The notes: generated by a model not told the origin, from the sequence alone. Counted from the stretch's first letter, positions 20,161-29,743 are shown. The stretch is DNA of 64,000 nt from Candidatus Latescibacterota bacterium (GCA_963791045.1 CAWBQK010000013.1:256001-320000), one strand, 5' to 3'. Translations and numbers: made by a program.

Positions 20161-20562
20161 TCAGCCGAGCGAGGCTATGACGTCGCGGAGGTCTCCCTCC
20201 AGGGGAAGCGCCTTGTTCGTCTTCGCATCAACAACAACGAAGGTGACTTCCGCGTCCGCGACGACATCGTCGGTATCGGCAAAATGAATTTCCTGGCGGA
20301 CCGTCGCGCTTTTTTCGCCCAGCCTCGACAGCGCGCATCTCACCTCGAGAAGATCACCGAGCATAGCGGCACGGCGGTAGTTGATCGTTATGTTTACGAT
20401 AGTAAACGCCAGGCCGCGCTCGAGCCACGCACCGATATCGATTTTCTCTTCGATGAGTTCCCACCGCGCGTCCTCAAGAAACTCTAAATACCGCGCATTG
20501 TTGACATGGCCATATACATCGAGATGATAGCCGCGAACCTTTATGCGTGTGTTATATGTCAT
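20161..20562 (-). CDS. Acyl-CoA thioesterase (YbgC/FadM hotdog fold)
   Basis: VRGYHLDVYGHVNNARYLEFLEDARW. Confidence 0.9.
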   Translation of the reverse strand: MTYNTRIKVRGYHLDVYGHVNNARYLEFLEDARWELIEEKIDIGAWLERGLAFTIVNITINYRRAAMLGDLLEVRCALSRLGEKSATVRQEIHFADTDDVVADAEVTFVVVDAKTNKALPLEGDLRDVIASLG

Positions 20563-20681
20563 CGATTTTACCCGGCGCAAGAAATGATAAAAGTCTTGTT
20601 CAAATCAAAGACCCGGAAACGGGACCTCGCCGGCCCCGCCCCGGGTATTTGACTTCATCAGTCGAAGAACATCTCAATCGA

Positions 20682-22247
20682 TTACTCTTCAACCTGCCAC
20701 ACGGTATCGATAACCGTTCCATCAACCCACTTAATGACGGCGATCGGCTTATCGGTTACCGGCGGTTCCTCCGGCTTGCCGCCGATGATTCCTTCGATCT
20801 CGTCTTTGAGATCACGGATACGGCGAATCGGGAGACTCGTGTTCTTAACCGCTTTGAGCAAATCCTTCCGCCGAGGATTGATGGCGATCCCGCGCTCAGT
20901 GATCACGACATCGACGAGTTCGCCGGGGCCGGTCACCGTGGTCACCTTGTCGACGATCACCGGTATCCGGTCGCGGAAAGAAGGAATGGCGAGAATCGTA
21001 CATCCCGAGGCGAGACAGTTTTGCCAGCCGCCGATGCCGTGGAGCAGGTAGCCGTCCGAATGGGTCACGACATTGGCGTTGAAATTAACATCAACCTCGG
21101 TCGCCCCCAGAACCGCCGCGTCGACCAGACTGGCGAAGTTGCCCTTCCCGTGGAAGTTGTACGACGTAAACGGCGTCGTCGCTACGTGCGAAGGGTTTGA
21201 ACCGATCGACTCGACGGCGGCGAGATCAAACGTCTGTCCGTCGAGGATGTAATCGGTGAGCCCCTCGTTCAACATATCGACAAGATACTGTGTCGATCCG
21301 CCGCGGACAAAACGCGCCTTGACGCCGTCTTCGCGCATCATGTTTTTGAGAATCTCGACGAAGGCCAGAGCGATGCCGCCGGCACCCGCCTGGATGGAGA
21401 ACCCATCGCGCATGATCCCCGATTCCCGTATAAAACGGGCCACATATTCAGCGGTGAGAAGCCGGTCGGGACTCTTCGTGATTTGCGTCGTGCCCGATAC
21501 GATCTTCGCCGGATCGCCGATCTTATCTACTTCGACAACAAAATCCACATTGTTGCCTTGCACCTGCCACGGGATGCACGGAAAGGGGACGATGTTGTCG
21601 GTGACGACAATTACACGATCCGCATGAATCGAATCGGCGAGTGCGAAACCGATCGAGCCGCAGGCCGAAGGCCCGTGCGATCCGTCCGAGTTGCCAAACG
21701 GATCCGCCGTCGGCGCCGCGATAACAGCGACATCGACGTGAACCTCGCCGTCCTGGATCGCCTGCCAACGGCCGCCGTGCGATCGCAGCACACCCAGGCC
21801 GCGCATCTTACCGTGCGACGCGTAGCGCCCGAGGGGGCCGTTCATACTTCCCTCGATATGATGGATCACACCGCGATCCATAAGATCTATCATCGGCTCA
21901 TGACACGGAAACGACGCGGTCGGGAACCACATCAAGTCCTTGACCCCGAGTTCGGCTGCGGCGCCGAGCGCCATGTTCGCCACCTTGTCTCCGTTGCGGA
22001 GATGGTGGTGACTCGATATCGTCATCCCGTCCTTGAGTCCGCATTTCTTGAGAGCTGTCTTGAGATCGCGAACGCGCTTGTCCCCGTTTGCCGGATAATC
22101 CCGGCACGAACGAATCGGCGCCCCATACTTGTGACCTTTGGGTTTGTACGCGCCGACTCCCAGATAGGGAACCTGCTCGCGACCGTTAACAATCTTGGGG
22201 ACTTTTCGCCCCACCTTATTCACGACAAAGTCGGATTTACCGCTCAT
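20682..22247 (-). CDS. citF: Citrate lyase alpha subunit / citrate CoA-transferase
   Basis: GLKDGMTISSHHHLRNGD, RSHGGR, QAGAGG, LGATEVDVNFNANV, TERGIAINPRR. Confidence 0.93.
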   Translation of the reverse strand: MSGKSDFVVNKVGRKVPKIVNGREQVPYLGVGAYKPKGHKYGAPIRSCRDYPANGDKRVRDLKTALKKCGLKDGMTISSHHHLRNGDKVANMALGAAAELGVKDLMWFPTASFPCHEPMIDLMDRGVIHHIEGSMNGPLGRYASHGKMRGLGVLRSHGGRWQAIQDGEVHVDVAVIAAPTADPFGNSDGSHGPSACGSIGFALADSIHADRVIVVTDNIVPFPCIPWQVQGNNVDFVVEVDKIGDPAKIVSGTTQITKSPDRLLTAEYVARFIRESGIMRDGFSIQAGAGGIALAFVEILKNMMREDGVKARFVRGGSTQYLVDMLNEGLTDYILDGQTFDLAAVESIGSNPSHVATTPFTSYNFHGKGNFASLVDAAVLGATEVDVNFNANVVTHSDGYLLHGIGGWQNCLASGCTILAIPSFRDRIPVIVDKVTTVTGPGELVDVVITERGIAINPRRKDLLKAVKNTSLPIRRIRDLKDEIEGIIGGKPEEPPVTDKPIAVIKWVDGTVIDTVWQVEE

Positions 22248-22284
22248 TGTCTGCCTCCACGATCAGTCGTTTTGTTTGCGTATC

Positions 22285-23544
22285 TTACTTTTTTGAAATC
22301 AACCCCGCGCGTTTCGCCGTTTCCACGAGCCGTTGTGCCCGCAGCACGACCGGCGGGTCGACCATCTTCGTCCCCAGGCTGACGACGCTTAAGCCTTTCT
22401 TCTTTGCGGCATCGAAAGCGGCAACGATCTTGAGCGCCTTTTCGATTTCTTCGGGTCCGGGGGCGAACGCCTCGTGAATCACCCGGATCTGACGGGGGTG
22501 AATACACCCCATTCCTTCGAATCCAAGACCGCGGGCGCGAACACCCCACGCTTTGAGACCGTCCGAGTCGCCCACATCCCCGTAGACCGAATCGATCGCC
22601 TGCACGCCGGCGGCACGCGCCGCGTTGGCCAGGCGGACACGCGCGAACTGCGATTCGTCTCCCTCCCTGGTCTTGCGAACGCCCATGTCGGCGGTATAAT
22701 CCTCGAGCCCGATGGTCAGAGCCACCACGGTATCGGCCGCGCCCGCTATCGCAAACGCGTTCTCGACACCAAGCGCTGACTCGATGATCGGCATCAACCA
22801 CACCGGCGATTTGATTTTGTGCTGCCCTTGGATCTTTTTGATCCGCTTGTCGACGTCGGCCACTTGTTCGGCGGTTTCGACCTTCGGGATCAACACCAGG
22901 TCCGGCGACTCCGGAATGATTTCGTCGAGATCATCGAGTCCCATGGGAAGCTGGTTTATCCGGACCATCCGTTCGGCGCCGAGAAAATCGATGCATCGAA
23001 GTCCGTTTCTGACCAGAATCCGGGCCGAGTCTTTCTCGCCGGGATGAACCGAATCCTCGAGATCGAGAATCACGGCGTCGGGTCTATGAATTCCCGCATT
23101 TATCGCGAATTTGGGTTCGTTACCGGGAAGATAGAGCCTCGACCTGCGCAGCCGGTCGCTTGCCGTCGGTCCCGACTGCTTGATCTTCCGCCCGATCGGT
23201 GTGCGTCCCTTGCACCCGGCGCGCCTTAGCGCCGTCTCAACTCTCGCGCCAATAACGAACGGCAGCCCTCCCTTGTCTTCGACTTCAACCCTGGCGTTCT
23301 TGACACCGTAACCGGCGAGAACCTTCTTTACCGTCTCGCGGATCGACTTGCCAAAAAACGCCTCGACCTTCGAACGGAGCTTGAGTTCCACGCCTCCTTT
23401 GTCCGACAATGTCACCGATACAAAGAGATCGGACTTTACATCGTCTCCGCGGCGGCCGGCCTCGCCTTTCTTCGGCGCGGGCCGCTTCGCCCGCGCGCCC
23501 GCGCGTCCCCGTGCTTTCACGGTTTTCTTCTTTGCTTTGGGCAT
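22285..23544 (-). CDS. CitD (ACP)-CitE (citryl-CoA lyase) fusion
   Basis: N-terminal SD...SKVEAFFG.SIRET...VEDKG...ARVETALRRA is CitD-like. It is followed by RRSRLYLPGN, LDLEDSV, VRIN, IPKVE, IIESA, GLEDY and CIHPRQI of CitE. Confidence 0.9.
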   Translation of the reverse strand: MPKAKKKTVKARGRAGARAKRPAPKKGEAGRRGDDVKSDLFVSVTLSDKGGVELKLRSKVEAFFGKSIRETVKKVLAGYGVKNARVEVEDKGGLPFVIGARVETALRRAGCKGRTPIGRKIKQSGPTASDRLRRSRLYLPGNEPKFAINAGIHRPDAVILDLEDSVHPGEKDSARILVRNGLRCIDFLGAERMVRINQLPMGLDDLDEIIPESPDLVLIPKVETAEQVADVDKRIKKIQGQHKIKSPVWLMPIIESALGVENAFAIAGAADTVVALTIGLEDYTADMGVRKTREGDESQFARVRLANAARAAGVQAIDSVYGDVGDSDGLKAWGVRARGLGFEGMGCIHPRQIRVIHEAFAPGPEEIEKALKIVAAFDAAKKKGLSVVSLGTKMVDPPVVLRAQRLVETAKRAGLISKK

Positions 23545-23569
23545 TTCCCTTCCTCTTTTCCGCGTAAAC

Positions 23570-24751
23570 CTAGAGCTTCGAAATAATCGCGTCGGTCATC
23601 TGTATCGCCGTCGCCGCACCCTTAGAAATAGCGTCGGGCCCACCCGCGAGTTTCATCATATCGTACGGGCGAACCTTGCCTTCCTTGACAACCGCGGCAA
23701 CCGCGTCGCGCATCCGCTTCGCCTTGTCGCCTTCGCCCACATGATCGACGAGCATCGCCGCGCTCAACACCATCGCGATCGGGTTGACGATCGGCGGATC
23801 GAGGTTTTCATATTTTGGCGCCGAGCCGTGCGTGGGCTCGAATACGGCGACTTCGTCGCCTATATTTCCCGAGCAGGCAAACCCGAGACCGCCGACAAGA
23901 CCGGCGAACGCATCGGAAACGATGTCGCCAAAGAGATTGCCCGCGACGACCACGCCGTAGATTTCCGGATTCTTGGTCAGCCACATCATCTGCGCATCAA
24001 TATTGGTCGACCACAGTTCGATATCAGGATACTTCTCCTTCACGCTGGCCGCCACGTCTTCGAGCATTCCCGAAGTCTCACGAAGCACGTTCGGCTTTTC
24101 GCAAACGGTGACCGATGGGTACCCGTGTTTCTTCGCGTAGGCGAAAGCGGCCTCCATGATTCGCGTGCACGCATTGCGCGTAAACATGCGGACAGACACC
24201 GCCAAATCTTCGCCTTTGACATCCGCAAACGGTTTGTATTTTGGATGGGTCCCGAAACCCTTCCGCACCTCTTCGGGCGGATTTGTCCATTCCAGGCCGC
24301 AGTAGAGCCCCTCCGTGTTCTGACGGAAGATCACCGCGTCGACTTTCGGCTCTTCGAAGCCACCGTCGGCGGTCTGGCGGATAAAGTTGAGTGGATTGCC
24401 GGGGAACGACCGGCAGGGACGGATACAAACATCGAGATTGAATTTCTGCCGCATCCCGACGATCGGGCTGAAGTAGACGTATCCCTTGTCACGAAGCTCT
24501 GGGCTGAGCTCTTCGGCGGCCTTGTTTTTCGGCTTCGAAGTGATCGCGCCGAACAACCCCAGCTTGTGTTCTTTCAAGAGCTTGAGGGTTCTGTCGGGGA
24601 GCGGATTTCCCTCTTTGATCCAGAAGTCCCAACCAATATCCGCATGAACGTAATCCGCCTCAAACCCAACCGCCTCCAACACCCGTACGGACTCCGGAAG
24701 AACCACTTTGCCGATACCGTCACCGGGCATCGTTACTACTGTACGCTTCAT
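23570..24751 (-). CDS. Isocitrate/isopropylmalate dehydrogenase family, homoisocitrate dehydrogenase-like
   Basis: PGDGIG, LFGAITS, YFSPIVGMRQ, RQNTEGLY, NLFGDIVSD, FEPTHGSAP. Confidence 0.88.
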   Translation of the reverse strand: MKRTVVTMPGDGIGKVVLPESVRVLEAVGFEADYVHADIGWDFWIKEGNPLPDRTLKLLKEHKLGLFGAITSKPKNKAAEELSPELRDKGYVYFSPIVGMRQKFNLDVCIRPCRSFPGNPLNFIRQTADGGFEEPKVDAVIFRQNTEGLYCGLEWTNPPEEVRKGFGTHPKYKPFADVKGEDLAVSVRMFTRNACTRIMEAAFAYAKKHGYPSVTVCEKPNVLRETSGMLEDVAASVKEKYPDIELWSTNIDAQMMWLTKNPEIYGVVVAGNLFGDIVSDAFAGLVGGLGFACSGNIGDEVAVFEPTHGSAPKYENLDPPIVNPIAMVLSAAMLVDHVGEGDKAKRMRDAVAAVVKEGKVRPYDMMKLAGGPDAISKGAATAIQMTDAIISKL

Positions 24752-24793
24752 AATCGTTACATCCCCCTTCACAAATGTTTGTTTTTGAAATCG

Positions 24794-26749
24794 CTACGAG
24801 AGACCGAGTCGTTTGCGAACGAGATTCTCGATGCCTCCCGCGATCACCAGCGACTGAGGAACCGAACCCAGCGGCGGGAAACCGAACGTTTCGCCTCGGT
24901 GGGTCAATGTTCCGCGTGAAAAATCGATGACCAGCTCGTCGCCGGGAATAATCGTCGGCTTGCCCGATTCGATGTCACTCGCGAGTTCTTCGCGGAGCCG
25001 TTGGACGAGTTCCGGACATTCGATACACACAAATCCGTTGTTGTAAGCGTTTCGCAAATACGTCTGCGAAAAGCTTCCAGCTATAACAAGTGCGATGCCC
25101 TTCGCCTGAAAGGCAGTCGCCGCCTGCTCGCGACTCGATCCCGTTCCGAAATTGTTCCCTCCGACGAGCACATCGCCCTCGAATGTGTTTTTCGAAAACT
25201 CGGGATCGTAGTTCTCCATCAGGACACGCGACATTTCCTCGCGTGTCATTCCCTCTTTGTAGGTATAGTCCTTGCCGTAGATCCCATCGGTGTTGAGATT
25301 GTCCTGCGGGACAAATACGAGACGTCCCTGGATCTTCTCGGGGAACCCCGATTGAATCTCCACGCTCTCACCACCGGCGCCGGGGCCGGATTCGATTACA
25401 GAGAACTGTTTGTCGGGACTGCGCCCGTCGACGACATCGGGGCCGGTGATAAAACCGGCGATGGCCGACGCGGCAACTACTTGTGGACTCGCCAGATACG
25501 CCTGCGCGTCGCGCGACCCCATTCGACCTTTGAAGTTCCTGTTCGTCGCCGAGATCCCTACCTCTCCGGGCTCGAGAAGCCCGGTCCCAAGACCGATGCA
25601 CGGTCCGCATCCGGGGGGAAGCGGACGCGCGCCCGCCTCCAGGAGCGTCCCCCATACACCGCTGGCTTCCGCGGCATCCTGGATTTCCCGGCTGGCTGCG
25701 GCAACGTAGAACTCGACACCGTCCGCGATTTTTTTGTCTTTCAACACGGCCGCGGCGACTTCAAGATCGTTGTACCGGCTGTTCACGCACGAGACAAGGT
25801 ACGCTTTGCGAATCGCAATTTTCTCTTTTTCGATATCGAAAACCGATCGCATCACCTGGACCGAATCGGGCCCCGATACATGCGGACTAACATCTTCCAA
25901 GTTCACTTCAATCCGGGCCGCGTAGTTCGCGTCACCGTCCGGCGACGGCGGGCTGGTCTCCCAGTTTGCAATGTCACCTTCGGTAAACCGCTCAACACCC
26001 TGGGCGCTGAGCACGGCATGCCGTTCTTTGAGATATCGGATCGTAACGTCGTCGACCGGGAACCATCCAACAAGCGCTCCCCACTCGGTCGTCATGTTTG
26101 AAATGGCCATCCGCTCATCCATGCTCAAACCCGCGACGCCGAGCCCCGTGAACTCCACCGCGGCGTTAAGCACCTCGCCCTTGTTGTAAAGACCGCAGAG
26201 CGTGACGATGACATCCTTGCCCGTGACGCCTTCGCGAAGTTTGCCGCTGAAAACAACTTCAATCGTGCGCGGAATCTGCCACCAGAACTCGCCGGTGGCC
26301 CAAATCGCGGCCGCATCGGTCCTGACGACCGGCGTCCCAAGCGCGCCGAGCGCCCCGTACATGTTCGAATGCGAGTCCGACCCCACGACCAGCGAGCCGG
26401 GAACGACATAGCCGTTTGCGACCATGATCTGGTGCCCGATCCCCGTCCCGGCGGGATAGTGATCAACACCCTGCTCGGCGGCAAATTCGGCGATAGCCTT
26501 GTACTTCGCCAGGTTGGCCTCGGATGTATTCTGGATATCGTGATCGAGCGGAAAAACCGGCTGCCGCGGGTCGTGGATTTTCGCGGCGCCGATCGCCTTG
26601 AACTTGTTCATAACCGCCGCGGTGTTATCGTGCGTCATGACGTGCCGCGGACGCAACGACACGACGTCGCCGACACGCACCGGCCGGTCGGGCCCCTCGG
26701 TCATGTGCGCCTGGACAATTTTTTCGACAATGGTCTGCCCCATTATCAT
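24794..26749 (-). CDS. lysF: Homoaconitase, single-chain fungal Lys4/LysF type
   Basis: MTHDN, DHDIQN, GIGHQ, SDSHSNMYG, SCVNSR, GCGPCIG, NRNFKGRMG, and a fused swivel domain DNLNTDGIY...NFGTGSSREQA. Confidence 0.88.
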   Translation of the reverse strand: MIMGQTIVEKIVQAHMTEGPDRPVRVGDVVSLRPRHVMTHDNTAAVMNKFKAIGAAKIHDPRQPVFPLDHDIQNTSEANLAKYKAIAEFAAEQGVDHYPAGTGIGHQIMVANGYVVPGSLVVGSDSHSNMYGALGALGTPVVRTDAAAIWATGEFWWQIPRTIEVVFSGKLREGVTGKDVIVTLCGLYNKGEVLNAAVEFTGLGVAGLSMDERMAISNMTTEWGALVGWFPVDDVTIRYLKERHAVLSAQGVERFTEGDIANWETSPPSPDGDANYAARIEVNLEDVSPHVSGPDSVQVMRSVFDIEKEKIAIRKAYLVSCVNSRYNDLEVAAAVLKDKKIADGVEFYVAAASREIQDAAEASGVWGTLLEAGARPLPPGCGPCIGLGTGLLEPGEVGISATNRNFKGRMGSRDAQAYLASPQVVAASAIAGFITGPDVVDGRSPDKQFSVIESGPGAGGESVEIQSGFPEKIQGRLVFVPQDNLNTDGIYGKDYTYKEGMTREEMSRVLMENYDPEFSKNTFEGDVLVGGNNFGTGSSREQAATAFQAKGIALVIAGSFSQTYLRNAYNNGFVCIECPELVQRLREELASDIESGKPTIIPGDELVIDFSRGTLTHRGETFGFPPLGSVPQSLVIAGGIENLVRKRLGLS

Positions 26750-26796
26750 CCTCCCATGTGTACTCGTGCAGATGGCACAAAATCGTGTACGTCACG

Positions 26797-26892
26797 GCAC
26801 CGAGTGGACAAAGGTTTTTGGTGAATCCGCAGGACGCTAATATTCAAATGCGTCCGAGGACCTGAACAAAAAAACCTTCGTCCACTCGGTGC
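26797..26892 (-). other. Long intergenic stem-loop (23-bp inverted repeat with inner hairpin)
   Basis: GCACCGAGTGGACAAAGGTTTTT (26797-26819) pairs with AAAAACCTTCGTCCACTCGGTGC (26870-26892). Inner GGACGC/GCGTCC stem. Confidence 0.85.
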
Positions 26893-26905
26893 GTATCCTT
26901 CTCCG

Positions 26906-28285
26906 CTAGCGAATATCCGCTTTGCAGAGATCCATCAGTTCGGTGATCGAGCCGATATTTTCGAGGCCCCACACCGCGTCCTTCAACCGTTTCCTCGCGT
27001 CGTCCGACAGGACCGGCCTGGCCAACGCGTCAAACTTGTCTTCGATTTCGGCATCGGTGAGCGGGTTGCGTGGATCGCCTTTTGGATAGTCGAGCTGTTT
27101 TTCGAATTCCTTCCCGTCCGTCGTCGTGACCTTAACCTTCACACGCTGGAGTTCGGGGAAAACAGCTTCGATCTCCGGATCGGCAACCACCACGACCTTG
27201 TTCAGCTGCTCGCGGATCTTGTCATCCATGATCCGCTCCTGCTCGAACTGCGCCGGTGTCACCTGACGGTCGACAATCGCCGCCGCAATCACGTAGGGCA
27301 AACTGTGATCCGCCGTCTCCTTCGAGCGCGGGTCGTACTTGCTTGGGTCCGCGAGAATGTCCGCCGCACGAGCGAGTGAGCGGATGTGGACCTCTTTGAC
27401 CTGGTCGGGCGAAAGATCATTTTCAGTTATAATATCGAGAGTGGCCGATATAGGCGCGTGTGTCAGTGCTTCGGTCGGAAATGCTTTCATCCCGCATTTT
27501 TCAATACGCCACGAATCTCCAAGCCCATCGGTCAAAATATTCAGCTTCCATTCGGGGCCGAAACAATGGGTCAGGCCTTCCTTGCCATCGACGACATGCT
27601 CGGGTCCCGTGTAGCCTTTTTCGGCGAGCAGCGCCGCCATCACGCCACTCTGCGTCGCCATCGGATCGACGGTGTTCTTCATCATCGTAAGCTTCCCAGC
27701 CGTAACCGCACCGAGCGTTGAGTGCCGCGAGGCGGAAATACCGATGGCGTGCTGGATCTTTTCCCAGTCGAGACCCAGCATCCAGCCGGCAACGATCGGA
27801 GAAACAAAAGCGGTCAGTGTCGCGTGGTGCCAACCGCGCTCCCGGATCCCGGGGAACGCCGCTTCGCAGAACCGCATCTCAAACTCATGACCCAAAACGA
27901 TACCTACGATCAAGTCTTTGCCGTTTCCGCCGGCCCTTTCACCGCAGGCGAGCGCCGCTGGAATAATATCCGATGGGTGCGACGGATCCTGCTGCCAGTA
28001 AATGTCGTTGTAATCCATGACACGAACCATCAACGCGTTGGCAAGCGACGCCGTCACCGCGTCGGTTTTCTTTCCCGTACCGAGAATAGTCGCGTTTCCC
28101 TTGCCGCCGATTTCCTCGAGGACATCGAGCGCGATCTCCGCGTCTTCCTGGCGCAGTCCGCCAAACGCACACCCCAGAGAATCAAGTAGATAACGCCGCG
28201 CTTCGTGAACGGCGTTCTCGCCGATGTGTTCGAACTTCAAATCGGCGGCCCAGCGAGCCATTTTGGCTGTAATTGTTTCCGACAT
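26906..28285 (-). CDS. MmgE/PrpD family dehydratase
   Basis: LLDSLGC, VRVMDYND, SHPSD, GWHH, KETADHSLPY, PKGDPRNP. Confidence 0.92.
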   Translation of the reverse strand: MSETITAKMARWAADLKFEHIGENAVHEARRYLLDSLGCAFGGLRQEDAEIALDVLEEIGGKGNATILGTGKKTDAVTASLANALMVRVMDYNDIYWQQDPSHPSDIIPAALACGERAGGNGKDLIVGIVLGHEFEMRFCEAAFPGIRERGWHHATLTAFVSPIVAGWMLGLDWEKIQHAIGISASRHSTLGAVTAGKLTMMKNTVDPMATQSGVMAALLAEKGYTGPEHVVDGKEGLTHCFGPEWKLNILTDGLGDSWRIEKCGMKAFPTEALTHAPISATLDIITENDLSPDQVKEVHIRSLARAADILADPSKYDPRSKETADHSLPYVIAAAIVDRQVTPAQFEQERIMDDKIREQLNKVVVVADPEIEAVFPELQRVKVKVTTTDGKEFEKQLDYPKGDPRNPLTDAEIEDKFDALARPVLSDDARKRLKDAVWGLENIGSITELMDLCKADIR

Positions 28286-28338
28286 CCCTAAATCGCCTCC
28301 GCTTCTTGCAACCGGTTCGTCTTGAGACCGGGCAACTA

Positions 28339-28875
28339 CTAAAGGTTTTTGAATGGTAGGAAGCTCATAAAGTCCGCATGATGAACTATGGTCGCTTCGG
28401 TGGTTCTTTTGACGAGTTCCCCTTCACCTGCATGTGCGGCGATGATGTGACACACATCGTCGGGCACTCCGCATTCCATCGCGAGGGCCACACCGGTAAA
28501 AGGATGTCTGAGAAGTTTTCCCCGCACACTCTGCTTCGCCTCGCCGTCTATTTTCTCGTATTCGAGAAGTTTCCCGACATCGGCGAGAATGGCTCCCGCG
28601 ATTACAGTATCCATGTCAATCGCGAGCGCTTTTCCCAAAAATTCCTTCATCGCTTCCGCTGATTTTCGCGCGATGTGCACAACACATCTTTTGTGTTCCA
28701 TAAAAGTCGATGGGCAATTCGGAACGAGCAGCGTAAAAGGAATTCGTTCCAGATCGTCCGCGGTGAGCGGACTCAATTCCAACGCTTTCATCCACGTCTT
28801 TTCAACACTCTCACGAAGCTCGGCATTCTCAATCCATTCCAACTCCGGCCAGAGTTTCGCCACTGCCTCACGCAT
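28339..28875 (-). CDS. HD/HDIG-domain protein
   Basis: EHKRCV...GAILADVGKLLEY...RHPFTG...HIIAAH...VHHAD. RBS CAGGAGG. Confidence 0.85.
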   Translation of the reverse strand: MREAVAKLWPELEWIENAELRESVEKTWMKALELSPLTADDLERIPFTLLVPNCPSTFMEHKRCVVHIARKSAEAMKEFLGKALAIDMDTVIAGAILADVGKLLEYEKIDGEAKQSVRGKLLRHPFTGVALAMECGVPDDVCHIIAAHAGEGELVKRTTEATIVHHADFMSFLPFKNL

Positions 28876-28956
28876 CGAAAATTCCTCCTGCGAAGATACC
28901 GTTGTTCCGGCCCGTTCCGGCGGGCCACAGGCCCCATATCCATTACTCAACACAAC

Positions 28957-28985
28957 AGATTACGTGGTCTCAAAGCCAATGTCAA
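28957..28985 (-). promoter_or_regulatory. Sigma70-like promoter of the HD-prpD-lysF-dh-citDE-citF operon
   Basis: Minus strand TTGACA-17 nt-TAATCT. Confidence 0.6.
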
Positions 28986-29041
28986 TTTGTACCGGCGGAT
29001 TCACAACGGGATTTCACTCGGGCGCCGGGGCGGGCACAATT

Positions 29042-29743
29042 TTACAACGATGCGAAGGAGTCCATCGCCTCAGATATAAACATCTCGACGAGCCGCCGAT
29101 CCTTGCGGCCCGACTCGTCCTCGACACCCGTATGGGAATCAACCCCGGCGGGGCGAACGACACGGATAGCCTCGGAAACGTTACCGGGGGTGAGCCCCCC
29201 GGCGAGGATAACCGGAAGCGGCGAAAGCTCGACGAGCCGCCGACTGACCGACCAGTCGTGGGTCTTGCCCGTCGCCCCCGACCGGCCCGTGGCGGGATCG
29301 AAAGTATCCGTCAGGAAAGCGTCGACAAAGGGGCTCATTTTCTCGACGTCGGCGAGAAGATCGGAGAAACTCTCCCTCCGAACAATGAGCGATTTGATCA
29401 CAAAGAGGTCTCCGGCGCACCTTCCCAGGGCGGCGAGTTCTTCGAGCGCCAGATCGCCTTGCAGCTGGACGGCCGGGGCGTTGACGTCCCGGCACAAAGC
29501 CTGGATCTCCTCGGCGCGGTCGAGATAAGTAATCACGATCCCGTGTAACGGCGGCCGGAGCGAATCGATTATCGCTCGCGCCGCTTTCTCAGAGAGGTCC
29601 TCCCTGCCACCGCCAAGACGAAGCGGAAATCCGAGGGACCCGGCGCCGCATTCGCTTACCATTTTCGCCTCATCGTCATCGATGATTCCGGCAATTTGAA
29701 TCAGCGGCCGGCCGTCCTGGAATATTCGGGGTTTGTTCTTCAT
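29042..29743 (-). CDS. trpF: Phosphoribosylanthranilate isomerase (orphan)
   Basis: IQIAGI, VQLQG, GATGKTHDW, ILAGGLTPGNV..AI..VRPAGVDSHTGVE...KD. Confidence 0.85.
   Translation of the reverse strand: MKNKPRIFQDGRPLIQIAGIIDDDEAKMVSECGAGSLGFPLRLGGGREDLSEKAARAIIDSLRPPLHGIVITYLDRAEEIQALCRDVNAPAVQLQGDLALEELAALGRCAGDLFVIKSLIVRRESFSDLLADVEKMSPFVDAFLTDTFDPATGRSGATGKTHDWSVSRRLVELSPLPVILAGGLTPGNVSEAIRVVRPAGVDSHTGVEDESGRKDRRLVEMFISEAMDSFASL

Noticed and set aside
23348-24919. 523-aa plus-strand ORF
   Set aside because: Antisense shadow of the dehydrogenase gene with no recognisable motifs. The same applies to many long antisense ORFs in this GC-rich window, such as 4933-6165, 15973-17172 and 39514-40689.
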